From NCBI RefSeq assembly GCF_040938485.1, contig NW_027271723.1:310001-374000 (forward strand): a stretch of 64,000 bases of DNA, in the 5' to 3' direction. Positions 1-26,524 of this stretch are shown in pieces. The DNA comes from Diadema antillarum. Lineage: Eukaryota. The first letter of the stretch is position 1. Every line of letters begins with the position of its first letter. Both the position numbers and the translations under genes were made by a program. The notes under the pieces are model-generated. The model was given only the letters and a program-made list of their open reading frames with translations, was not told the origin of the DNA and did no database searches.

Positions 1-180
1 AAGAGGAGACTTGCCCCCAAGTTCAAGGGTCAGGTGTTTGACATCATCGGCACAAGTCTTCATGATCTGAAAACACAACATAAAACCGAGTGGTTGGAGC
101 TATTACAGCATGCACACTCCTCGACTGCAAAGGGATATCACAACAGGAAATGTCAACCATTATGCTCAGAGACCAATTTA

Positions 181-5238
<5,058 letters not shown>

Positions 5239-6036
5239 TGTAAGTAGGGCCCAGATAATGATATATTGCACTAAATATGACGATCAAAGTAAGAAGAGCG
5301 CGTGGAAAGCCTGCGCGATTGTGTACCACATCCTCGCTGGATGAATTTTTAGGATATGGCTGCACCGCGTACGCACGCTGTGTAGTACATACGGTACATC
5401 GCTAGCTAGCTATGCATATGGTTACGTTCCCCACATGGATATGCATCGATGGGATCCGACGGCAGGCAGGCCAGTAACTTTTCGGTGATCGGCAGTCGGA
5501 GTTTGAGGGGGCGAAGGCTCCCTTTTGTACAAAGTCAAAGCAAAGGCCATCGTCGGGATGTTTACCTTTCCCCGTGTCGATCGTTCATTTACATCCGATA
5601 CAGAGGTCAGACCTTCTTGTCCCATGATGGCACCCTCCACTTCGTTTCAAAGTTCATTTTCACCATCAGTGATTTTTTTATAGGAGCAAAAATATGCAGG
5701 GCTACAAGCATCCATTTTACCCCCTATACGAGGACATTAATTAATCCGAATGTGCCAATACTGAGAGTAACTAATACAGTATATCCTTTGACAAAGCGGC
5801 TGCCTAGAGCAATGACAACAGAACAATCAGAACTACAGTGTACCATGATATCATATTGTAGCGCCACTATCAAGAACACTGTCATTTCTCCTCACTTTTA
5901 GAACTCGTCACCTCCATCATTGAAATCGTTTTGCCCATTCTCTTCTCGTTTTTGGACTCGAGATCACATCTGCTCGTGGTTTGACCATGGTCTAATGATC
6001 TCTAGAGTGGGTTATGGGTGCGGTGGGAGATCAGTG

Positions 6037-6129
6037 GGTTTGACCAAGGAGGTATTAGCACAAGATTATTAGCACCTCCTTGGTTTGACCAAGGAGGTAC
6101 TAGGCGAGCTAGTACCTCCTTGGTTTGAC
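6037..6129. repeat. Two tandem hairpins CCAAGGAGGT...ACCTCCTTGG separated by TTTGA
   Basis: 10-bp stem 6044-6053/6074-6083; perfect 15-bp stem 6089-6103/6109-6123 with a GCGAG loop. Confidence 0.9.
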
Positions 6130-8763
6130 TCAAAGAATGCTTTTACGCCACGGTTCGACTGTTTCGAGACGATGCATGTTCGTCGTTTCACCACAAGTCA
6201 CGCCTTGCGTTACCATAGCTACGCGAGAGGGACATTACTATTGACCAATCACTTTCTTTCTTGCGCTAAAACTCTCGAAGAAGTTTCCTTCGCCTTTTAC
6301 AACTTCCCATTGAACATTCATGTGGACTCGGTCATTCATTCTCGTGCTATATTTACACACTTCTTGATAAACTTCGACACGAAAGCACGCAGTCCCGGAC
6401 GCAGATCTATACTATATCAATTAACCGTCAATTATTCGCTGATTATCGCGAAGTATAGGGCCTACACATGTCATCTCGATCTCTCTCGTTCACTACAATC
6501 CCATCTTCAATGCCAGCTTCTCCACTCATTGAATCACAGCATGCCAATTTCATACACAGGAATTGTGCTGTGTTAGTTACTATACGTAAATGTGTCATCT
6601 CTGCCCTCGGGGAAGAACTTAGATCTGAGGACCACTTCTTTATCGCATGGACCCCATAAAAGCGCACTGGTCGCAGTCCCGAAGTGATATCGATATGATT
6701 ATGTGAACATTGTGCACTTCTCGCCAAAACCTTATCCTCCCCATCCCTTCAATATTACAGGGGCGTCAATGGGAGGGGGGGGGGAAGCAGGTGGAGATGT
6801 TCCTCCAATAAACAAAGTTGGTGAGGAGAGCAAGCATTATATTGCCCCCCCCCCCCATTTCCAGAAATGAGCAAAAATATATATACATTGTACATGTATT
6901 GTGTTACAGGTATAGACTGCTAAAACATGAATGGCAAATTGAGCAAGCGTTGCATAGGCCGATAGCTAATAAAACTTATGAAATATTTAATAATTGTCCA
7001 AATATTCCATCGAAAGAGTGCACCAGATCGTGTTTAATAAAAAAAAAAAATCAATAGCTCCCTCATGTTGGAGGAACCCCCCTCTCTCGCTCCCTCGCAT
7101 ACGGTAATAATTCTTCAAGTTTTGTCCTCCCCCCATTATGCATCCAAAAAAATGATAGATGCCCCTTTTACAATATCAAAACCTTTATTTCACGTCTTGT
7201 TGTTGAGAAGCTATGCAGACAGGGATATATAAACTATAATGAACACAAGTGTTTACTTACCTTTTTTCTTTTTTCTTTTTAGATGTCCTTAAAACAGCTG
7301 TGAGCAAGCATTCATGTCAAGCGCGTCAGCTCGAGACCTGTCGCAGAGGCTCGACTGTCGCTGAATTAGTCTCGCGTGAAGACCTCTGCTCGCTGCTCTT
7401 GCAATTACTAACATAGAGAGGGCATTTGACAAAGGCTACGTTGGGGTGGAAGATGGTGCTTATCTCTATTATGATAATGTGTTCATCAAAATGTGACAGA
7501 TCCAGGTCAAATGAGATAGTAAAACATCTGTAGATTGATCATGGTAGCCTTCATAATATCAGTAACCTATGAGTTTCGGCACTATTGATGCCGACCATAC
7601 CGGTTTTCTTGACATGCAAATCTTATGCCTGCCTTGATCTATCTAGGCCAGTTTAATGGTTCATGATAATTCAGATACAGCTCTTCTGACAGACCAACTC
7701 AGTCGTACTGAGATGTATATTGGACCATCTCTGCAGAAAAGAACACAGTGTTCCATTAAGGTGTGTTCGCGATCCCATTGTTAAAACGGTCCCACTGTGT
7801 TTCATATTGTGTTTTTTTCTGCAGGAACAGTCTGACAGTCTGTATCATTACTAACTGTTTGCTGCTTGTATCATTGTGATTGTGAACATTTACATAGGCA
7901 AGCTCTCTACATGGTTATGGAAAAACAAAAGTAATATATAATTTCGAACACACACGTAAACCCCTCTCTTCACAATCTTGTATATCGTTATTCGCCTTTT
8001 ATAGCAAAATACGACGAGAAATTCGAGAGGTGTTTCCATTGACAAATTATTCTTCTTTAGCCTATGATGGCAACTGGAAGGTATAACTCTTTATTGATTT
8101 TTTAGTGATCAGAAAATGACAACGTGCATATTTTGTGACTTACTGAAATCATAAAATTATGTACGATTCATGCCGAAACACGATCCACAGTTGAATGAAG
8201 CATAATGACCCTGCATGAATCTATATGTAATTCATCAAATTATGAGTAGTATTTACTGAATATGCACATATCATAATATCATCTTCTGCATGATATTGTG
8301 GGAGTTTAAACAGCTTGTCTTGTCATGTGATATGCGTGCAATACAAATTGAGTAAACAGCTTTATCTAAGGTTTAGTTGAACATTGATGCGTCGCATATT
8401 GTATCTCTCAAAGCGCATTAAATAATGAGTGTTGGACGAGCGCACAATTCCTACGACGCATTTTATAGATATTCCTGTGAAAAGGCGTCCAAATTATCTT
8501 ATTACACTTATATTTTGCAAAATCGACCGGTGCTTTTCATAAACGGTGAGTCTTTGTGCAAACATTTTGGAAACTCTTCATACACTGATAGTGCAGTAGT
8601 CAGTTTTGCTCAATATTCATTCAAGGTTTCCTAAGTGGGCATCGCCACCAAACTCAATCTCCGTTCACTAAGAAGGCAAAACTCTTGTAGAAAAACGCTA
8701 AATAATCCATGAAGAAAGTGCCTATCATACTAACGAGTCTTCGGAATTGAGCACCTTGATTGG

Positions 8764-9061
8764 TTTTCGGATTAACGAACCTTCGGAATAACGAACCTTA
8801 TTTCATTTTCGGATTAACGAACTTTCGGAATAACGAACCTTACATCATTTTTGGATTGACGAACCTTCGGAATTACTAACGTTCGGAATAAAGAACCTTA
8901 CATCGTTTTCGGATTAACGAACTAGAAGAATAACGAACCTTCGGATTAAAGAACCTTATTTCATTTTGGATACAGGAACTTTCTGAGATACGAAACCCCT
9001 TCTCCCCCCCCCCCCTCCCCTATATGCATTTTCGGATCAACGAACCTTCGAAATAACGAAC
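8764..9061. repeat. Degenerate tandem array of ~15-bp units (AACGAACCTTCGGA(A/T)T) with ~43-bp higher-order period
   Basis: 8 exact AACGAAC cores plus about 4 variants. Confidence 0.85.
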
Positions 9062-9106
9062 TGCAAACAGCACATAATTATTCTGTGACCTCTCTCGTAT
9101 AGCAAG

Positions 9107-17621
<8,515 letters not shown>

Positions 17622-19030
17622 AGTGACATTTTTTTTCCTCTGTCAGTGCAGAAGGGAAAAAGGGGAAAAATCATAAAAAGTAACATTGGTCCTCCCATAA
17701 ACCACAGATATTAAGACATTGACAATTACTAGCGTGTGTAAGTTCAAGGCACATTTCGTTCAAAAGATTTAAAAAGATATCAAAGACCAAAGTTGACATA
17801 GGTTGGACGTGTACAACATGTATATACTTCTTTTGTCTTGTGTGATACAAGTGTGTTGATAGGTGTGTTGTCCGAGTGCATCATTATTGTATGTCAAGAC
17901 AAGCTTGCTAATTGCAGTGTACAGCAGTTAAGTAAAACTGTTCAATGTTTTGACACTACCCAAGTGTTTTCTGCCTTATGCAACGATGGATATTACTGCA
18001 CTGAAAACACTGTTTGTATTCCAGTTGATGGGAGTACTGTTACATTAGATGCAAACACAACAAAATGTGACAATTAGAATGTGACCATACCAACAGAGAC
18101 ACCACGGTTTCTCTGACACAATTTGTGAGACACAGGTAGTGAGACAAGGCTTATGTTCATCTGAAGCACAACAAAATCAGAAATGGAAGTCATGATTTAT
18201 GTAATTTGATTTGAAGAAGTTTTGCCGCTAGAGTAGGCGTGATACATTAATAAACACACATTTCCCCGAGTATTGGTGGTTGATCGTGGAATTTTGACTC
18301 ATCTGTTCCCTTCACTCCTTTTGACTACTACATTGTAGTATTATGTGTTGTAATATTGTTGTGTGGTGTGTATGTTTGACAATGCAAAAGTATAAATAAG
18401 TGTATTTGCCTTTGCACTGTCCTTGTGCAAAATCCCAGTGTGAATGCTTGCAAAGCACAAAGAGTAAAACACACATCATACACGAATTGCGAACAGACCC
18501 AAGTCAATTGATTTCACCATCGATTGAATAAATAAAGGAGAGTGGAGACATTCACTCACATTGAAGCATGTACACACACACACACACACTTGTTCATACA
18601 CTTGGGTACACAGAACTTCTTTCTGTTCTGCCGAGTTTGCGCTGTCCTTTTTGCATCATAGAGTAGCAAATGGCCTTATTGGCAAATACATCGTAATATT
18701 TGATACACGTATATATAAACATTATGTAAGCAGACATATACGGTACATGTGAAGTTAGCAAAAAGTACCTGGTAATACATGCTACCATAATGTATATCAT
18801 GGCTGAATTTGTCTCTTCTTATTCTGAAGGAGTGTGTATAAAATATACTGTAATAGGATTAAAATTTAATTGATCATTGCACTCCCAAATTTCACGTTTG
18901 CAATCAATTCCATGTCTTTCCACTGCCAACAGCACATTCATCAAAAGCTGAAGGGTAATCATGCTACTGTCAACTTGGTGTAAGCATCATTATTTTCTCC
19001 CTACCAAAGCCCCCCCCCCCCCCCCCCCCA

Positions 19031-19064
<34 letters not shown>

Positions 19065-19242
19065 CATAATCTACACATGACTTGATGCACATTGTCACTG
19101 CACTTCAAAGAGTAAATTCCTGGACCACCTTGATGCGATTATACAGATCTGAATTTCACAAGTTAAGCACAGGTAACAACAAATAAAACAAGAAAAATCT
19201 GTGGGAGGATTTGCATTTGCTGCATGTACAGACAGACAATCA

Positions 19243-19248
19243 TTTATT
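19243..19248 (-). terminator. RPL28 poly(A) signal AATAAA
   Basis: AATAAA on the minus strand, ~80 nt after the RPL28 stop. Confidence 0.65.
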
Positions 19249-19327
19249 GAGCATGGTGGATGAGCAACATGACGTCATGAGAGTTCACAAATCACGACCA
19301 GTCGCCCGAAAAGAGGGGAGACGGAGC

Positions 19328-22300
19328 TTATGTTCTCCTGTTCTTGGCGGAGCGCTTCTTCTGAACGGTCGTGACCGGCCTCTGACTCCTGATGATGGCA
19401 CTGGCTCGGCGGAGAGCGGCCTGGAAGGAGAGAAGGATTACAATTCATGACACAAACAATTAATTCATCTCTTGTCACACATACAACAATTTGACAGTAC
19501 TCTTATGATCTTTACGTATGGAGCTGGGTTATTTAGAAAATGTTTTGACTGTATTATCACAGAAAATATTCAACATTTGAAATGACTCCCGTCTCTTCTT
19601 TTGATAGTTCCTCACAGTCACTCAAGTACCATGGTCTTCAAACCATAGTTCAATTTACTAATTCAGATCTAAGTCCTAAGGTTCAGGGAATCATAAAGAA
19701 TGTACAAACCTTTACTCAATTAACAGTCTTGATATGAATATCTCCCTTACAATATTGACTGGAATATAAATGTTTGGCCTCTGACTGTAACCTTCCTGTA
19801 ATGACAAATTCTGATTAGTTTGTCTATGTATGCTCGCATAGGGCTCAGAATCATCTGCTGTTTTGTGGCATCACCAAGTTACAAAGGACCAAGATCTAAA
19901 AAAAGACGAACAAACATAATGCAAATGCAAAGAATGACACAAACCTAGGTCACGTGCCTTTGATTTTTTATTATTATGAGTATTTTTTTTCTTTTTAAAA
20001 GCACCAGTAGTTCTCAGTTTGACATTTCCATCCATGCAAGGATATCATTAAGGAGCATTATAATGAAAACTGCTTTTTGAGAAAAAATTGTAATCTGCAC
20101 GCATTTCAGAAAAAGTGGTGTTTGCTCAGACACTTCTTTCCTTGATATAACATCATGTTATCATTGTTTTGTGACACAGTGATTCATTGTATGTCCCAAT
20201 ATAGCATTTTTGTTTAAAGAAATATGATAGGCATTTGTTTTGGTGAATATCATATATGACATAGAAAAATAAATATCCCAGGGGGAGAAAAAGAAAATTG
20301 ACATCTTGGCCCTGTTACATAAAAAGATGTAATCAAACATCAGTCAGAAAGTCAAACATAAGTCAGGTATCAGCCAATCAGAATTGAGTACTGGGAGACT
20401 TACATGTATGTTTAATTTTCTGATTCATATTTGATCTCAAATTTTATGATACAGGGCCCTGCATGCATAGCACTGAAGTCAGGGGCAAGGATTTCATTCA
20501 TTTGGCAGTGTAGATTAGCAAAGTCTCACCATCTTCAGGTCCTTGCGGTATCCCTTCTTCAGGGTACGGCGGATGGCGGTCAAGGTGCGGCGGGAGTCCT
20601 TCTTCATCTCCACGCGATTGTACATCTTGGCGGGCTTGTTCATTGCTGTCAAATGGCAAACATGGGGCATGTATTAAAAATGTAAATCATGTTTAAATTC
20701 TAACCAAAACACCCCCCAACATATAAAACATAACTCCTCCAGTAATATGCTTCACTAATACTCCCCTTGCTTTCAAGATGTCAAGAACTCTCTGTCAATA
20801 AAAAGAGAAGACATCATATCTGGATAGCTCCCTACTGTATCACATTGTTTCATTTACCTTGCCTGATTTACTAAAACAATATTAATGAAGATGAAACTTT
20901 AAAAGCAAACAAACAAACAAACAAACAAACAGCATAACACGTTCTTGCTAATTACATTAGTTTCAAGAGTGCCAAGAGCTTCATTAAACTCTGCTCAGAG
21001 GCTTTCTTATGCATCACCTTCAGTAGGTATTACTGGGAGCACATTTACAGTTTTAATAAAAAATAGTCATATACACATAAAACACATAAAACGATTATGC
21101 TAATACATTGACATTTTTTTTTTTAAATTGACAACTTAGGAAATTATTAATGCAGTCAATCAGTATCTCTCCTAGACATTCAATTCAAACAGCACACATG
21201 CAGAATGGCTTTCAATTGTCACCTCTTATTCAACAATACATATGACGTATAAGTTCTGATGATGAGTGCTTTGATCCACTCACCTCCCTTGATCCGCTTG
21301 GTGACAAGAACAACACCCTTGCCATCAGCAGCAGCCTCAACGCCGACAGTCTATGCAGGATATTGAAATAAGATATTAGACAATCCATGGTACACAGCAT
21401 TGCTATGATGTACAAAGCAGACATGTTACAGGCTTAAAGTCCTCGAGACCAGCAGTTTCCTTTCGTTACATTAAAATGTTGTTATAGCCGAACAAATCAA
21501 TCATATTACAGATATGTAAATATTAATTTTGGTACCTGAATGTTCATTTCATTGTAGCAAAATTTTGTGATAACAGGTATTGACAAATATATATCTAGGC
21601 AGATCACAATGCCCCCTTTTTCAAACATAAGTAGAGCCACTATGCAAATTGATGTAGAATAATCAAATCACGTACATAATGAAATGATTGTATTGTGAAC
21701 ACATAAGCTCAATGACACATCCTGAATAAAACAACACCATAATTATACTTCATAAAAAAGTAAACAAAAATAACTGAACTTGTTCATAAAATCCAGAAAA
21801 AAAAAAATGATAAATTCACAAACCTTCTTGTGAATGAGACCATTGTACTTGAAGGAGTTCCTGTTCTTCAAGTTGTTTGGCTCCTGTTGACAAAGACAAG
21901 ATGCATAAAGCATGACATGAATGGGATTTACGATAAAAAGAGAAACTTATCCTTTCCCCTCGCCTGTGATGTTCACTTGCTGTGTCCTACAAGGAGGTCA
22001 TTTCTTGTTACCGGAAGGGTACAGAAGTGACAGTCTCTGGAAGAACTTACAAACATTCACAAGCCAGCCTGATCTCAGATACAGCAAGTTGCTCACTATT
22101 AAACCTATGAATGAAATTCAGTGGTAGCTGTCGACAAAGACAAGCAACACACATAATGTAAAAGATCAAAGATAAGATACAGCAGCCAGATCCCTTGCTT
22201 GTAACATGCTCTGATCACTTGCAGCATCTCACGGCAAGTCATTTTCTTGTCACTTGAAGAGAGAGAGCTAAAAAACATTCTCCAGTCATGAAACATTTTG

Positions 22301-23170
22301 TTTCCTAGCATATACACTTCCATCTCTCATACATCACACATTTTCAATATCAAACTAATCAAATAAAAGTCAGCCAATTGAAAATGAAAAGCTCTAAATA
22401 TCATACAACTCACAAACTATTCTGTCCATAACTATGATATTGTGTAAATGCAAAATGAACTTTAAGTTTAAATACATAAGGTAACTAATTATCTTCTTGT
22501 AATAAACATAGTCTACTTTATGAGACAAAGCACTACCTATTCACAATCTAATGGTTCATAATTCTAATCCATTGGGATTCATAAATAAGCATTGTGTATT
22601 AACATCAGCATAAGCAATACTCCAAATAAATGGTGTAAATTAACACATTTTTCATTTCAGTTCAAACATTTCCTTAAAACTTATGCAGAATCAATTGTAG
22701 ACAGCAAAAAGATCACGTAAGTCAAGTTAAGATCAATATGAGTCACAATAATAACACATAGTGAAACATCATAGATCACTCAGGAACAATTGCTTAACAC
22801 CCACAAGATTGGGAAAACTTAAGGTTCTAATTCACAAATCTAGTTCATATTTAGCCCGTGGATTACTCACATTTTGTCTGTGCGTAAAAGTGTGTGACAG
22901 ATCACGTATTAAATATTAACTGATATCCAGTAATGAAAATGCGCTGATACATGCATGTGAAAGGTACACACACCTTGTGCTGTTTTGTCACTAATCCATG
23001 GCCTAAACCTATACCATGGAGATTAATTTAATCAACTACTGTAATGTGAATTCAGACCCAAAAAGTAAAACGTGTGATGTACTCACCGTGCTGAGCACAA
23101 CACCGCCACCCTTCCTCAGGAAGCAGGAGTTGTCACGAAGAATCAGCCACTGGAGATCAGCAGATGCCAT
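19328..23170 (-). CDS. RPL28: 60S ribosomal protein L28 (eL28), 139 aa; coding exons 23170-23087, 21883-21824, 21350-21284, 20645-20530, 19420-19328
   Basis: Hand-spliced (not in ORF track): MASADLQWLILRDNSCFLRKGGGVVLST/EPNNLKNRNSFKYNGLIHKK/TVGVEAAADGKGVVLVTKRIKG/AMNKPAKMYNRVEMKKDSRRTLTAIRRTLKKGYRKDLKM/AALRRASAIIRSQRPVTTVQKKRSAKNRRT*. 420 nt, all GT-AG. An acceptor 1 nt before the ATG implies a non-coding exon 1 (candidate donor AAG|GTAGGC at 23708/23707). Confidence 0.96.
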
Positions 23171-25865
23171 CCTGTCTGAGATAGAATGATACATAGCACA
23201 AACTTGAATTTACTTGCATATATGAATATACAACGGACTCTCACTCTGGTAACAAACCTCTTTGGGGTAGAACCAGTGAAATGTGCAAGTTGTACTAAAA
23301 CAAGACATTTAGCAGTAAATCACAGAGTAACTTTTGGGGATGAAACTTACAGTGCCTGGTGTGATGGGGGGTTGGGTTTCCGGACACTTAAGTTCGCGCG
23401 TGAAAATTTACCTATTCTACATAGAATATGCACCCTTCTTTACCTCAAAGACTTGATATAGACTCCTCATATATGGTAGGTGTCCAACCTACCGACCGGG
23501 TCCATAACGACCGGCCGCGCATTATAATGGCATTGCGCGTACAGAAAGAAAATGTACGCATGGGACTACGCGCAACGGTGTTCGATTCTTCACTGGGCTA
23601 CGCTACCGAGTAAAATGTGGCGAAAACAACTAAGTATTCCCTCTAAATTACCGAAATTTAGCAAAATCGAGTAAGGTTTATCGTGTAACTACATATACTA
23701 GGCCTACCTTTGCTGACTCGTTGTTAGATGTAGAGTATCCTTCCGTAATAAATTTGACGATTTTGACCGCAAAATTGTCACCGCAGCTTGTACGATCGTG
23801 CACACACGTTACACATATACATGACATAAACATTTTGTCGCCCGCTACGACCGTACGAGTTGATGCAGAAACGAGAAATGAATGTGAAACAACAAACCGA
23901 CTCATCTAATTTATTTCAATTACGATGAAAAGTTTCCTAATGAAAATCAAGTCAAATTCATCAAACAGTCCTTCAAAAGTAATATCGAAGGATTCAAAAT
24001 ATATTCAAATATTATTGGGGAAAAAATGACAGCTAGAAGAAAACAGCGGCCTGTCGAAAAAACGCATTTAAGTGCCCTTTATTCGCATTGTCAGGGTGGT
24101 CGGTTGAAATGAGCAGGGCAACTGAGTGCGGAAAAAATGACACCCCACGCGTTCGAAGCCGCCATCTAAGAGCGCGTACCTCAGATCGCATTTTCAGTGC
24201 GCGCTTGTGAATCCGGAGTATTTTCTCCACACGTGAGTAAAATTTCAGTCAAATTGTGAGATTCTTCACGTTTCTATTGATAGAAAAACGTTAGGTGTCC
24301 GGTATTATGAACACCCAACCATACTAGAAAACATACTCTGAAAACGGCGTGAGAATTAACCTGCTAAATCGTTGGATTTTCCCCTTCAAAGTGACCCCAT
24401 GTACAAATGTATCAAAGAGAGTTGTGCACGCCTTGATTTTGTACGGGAAATACATGGGGACCGGGAGCGAAGGTGCACACGGTGTTTACATTCTCGCCGT
24501 ACGATCGACGCTAATGAACATTTGATCGAACTGGCCTAATGACATATGTGTTTATAAATGACTCGTAACATCTTGTGAGACTTTCACTGCGTTATTTTCA
24601 TTCCAGACGCACTTACACGCACTTAAAATACGCGTCCGGTCCCACAACCTGTCCGGACACACAACGCTTGGTCATACCTGGTACGTTGTTATAATGAGAT
24701 TCCAATCCCCATGCGTTTGTACAGTGCACTCCCATCATAATGGCTAAAACTTGGTTAAAATGAAATTTTAGCTCCAAAAGGAATTAGCTATATCTTTATA
24801 TAATTCATACGTTTGGCTATGAAAAAAAGCAAAAACACAAAACAAAAAAAATCTGCCGCTCCCACAGACTTTGTTATGGACAGTCGGACAGTCCCTGAGT
24901 CACCTATTTTACTGGAGAAAACACAAGTTTTTGAGCAAGACCCTGCACACATAATTTTACAACTTTACATGCACCATTCTACACTTCCTCTTTTTGCCAA
25001 GCTTTTGGAATAAATGACTCCTCATAGTAACACCATCCAAGCCCACACACTGGTAATCACATTAAGACTGGGTACACAGCTGTGGATACATAGTGAAAAT
25101 AAGCTTGGTGCAGACAGTATATTGTATAAATGACTGGCTGCTAATTTGTAAGGCACACATAATGCAGCAGCAGAGTTGAATTAGATTAACAAAAATATAT
25201 AGAATAGTCCACCAAGCACTTGCTCAGTATTTTTACAGGCAACTGAATTGTTCCTTCATTTTTTATGTTACAATGAGACATAATTCTGTACCCAAACAAT
25301 GCGCACATGCCCATGCTATCACACAAGTCTTTTGCAAGTCAAAGTTTTTAACATTGCATTAATTGCTAGTCGTATGTTATGGCATGATGGCAGTCTAATC
25401 TACTTCATCACACCAGTATAGCAGTAAGCGCTCGCTAGCTACGAGTACAAACATTCATTAATACCCCAGTCAGAATATCCAACCACAAACATGGCACTCG
25501 TCTCCCCAAAATCCGATCCGTATCCCCCCCCCCCCCAAAAAAAAAAAAAAATGTCAAGGTCTGGTGGCGATTGCATTGATACATCTGCATTCTGAATTAG
25601 ATGGCAAAACATTGCACACGAAAACAGGGAATTTAGACCTTCCCAACCCAGTGCAAAAGTACAGGCACCAGTTGGTATTTCTGCTATTTACCAAATGGCA
25701 CAATTCTCGACACAACTTGTGCATCGTTTTCATTACAACGCAACAACCCGTTTTTGGCTAAAATCACTGGATTATAATCAGGACAGCGGCCATAAGCCTA
25801 CGGCCATTGATAGGCACCACACGAACACCACCACACACATTACACACGCAGGAGGTTGCGCGAAG

Positions 25866-25902
25866 CAGGGAGGTGGAAGAGAGAGATCTCTTCCACCTCC
25901 CA
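25866..25902. mobile_element. 37-bp hairpin insertion flanked by 8-bp direct repeats
   Basis: Perfect 15-bp stem 25868-25882/25887-25901 with a GAGA loop; GCGCGAAG at 25858-25865 and 25903-25910. Confidence 0.6.
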
Positions 25903-26524
25903 GCGCGAAGTGAGCAATCCCATGGCAATGCAATGTAATACTGTAGGCTCCGTGGCCGTGAGAAGTGATAAGTGTACCAGTACAGCATGCATTGCATTGC
26001 CACCATTCACGCAGTGTCGTGGATACGATGTGTCAATGGTCATCTCATTGGGCTCAAAATCACATTGTTGGGTCATTTTGCGTTTGTTTCAAAACTGTAA
26101 TCAAGACACACAAACTCTATACTTATTTCAACGTATCGAATAACAAGTTCATTACAGGACTCATTGGTTTTATCCCCCAAATTACAGATTTTCTCGCAAA
26201 TGAATTGTCACATGTACCTTCCTTCTGTACGTGGGACTGGGGAAAAGACCGATTGGCAGTGTGCGTAATAATATCTTAGTGAAGCTCGGCTTACTAAATG
26301 TCAGGTTATGAGTATAAACCAATACAGTGTTTTAAAAAAAGGAATATCCTATAATTGATATCAAATCATGTTGATTTGAATACTGAATGTTTCACGTCTT
26401 TAACCAAACTACTGAGTAAATGGATTAAATGGAGAACTATATTTGAAGCGTAGTAATATAGGCCGGTGCACCACATTCAACTGCAATCAGCAAAAGCTGG
26501 CGCTGTTCAATCTGTGCAAAACAG

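Noticed and set aside
6443-6727. Minus-strand ORF with faint RT-like ADDT and GL.VN motifs
   Set aside because: Needs several frameshifts and the similarity is too weak to call.
7226-7233. TATATAAA as the protease promoter
   Set aside because: 1.9 kb from the ATG, with no supporting exon or donor identified.
8764-9061. Repeat array as CRISPR
   Set aside because: No unique spacers, degenerate units, eukaryotic context and no cas genes.
19423-23084. Intronic snoRNAs in RPL28 (GGTGATGC...CTGAG near 19844-19875 and 20995-21020)
   Set aside because: No good C box at the right distance, no terminal stem and no rRNA guide I could identify. snoscan or cmsearch would decide.
23493-23553. RPL28 non-coding exon 1 with a pyrimidine start and CG|GTAGGT donor
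   Set aside because: It would add three out-of-frame upstream ATGs, which is unlikely for a ribosomal protein mRNA. The true first exon and TOP motif are not resolved.
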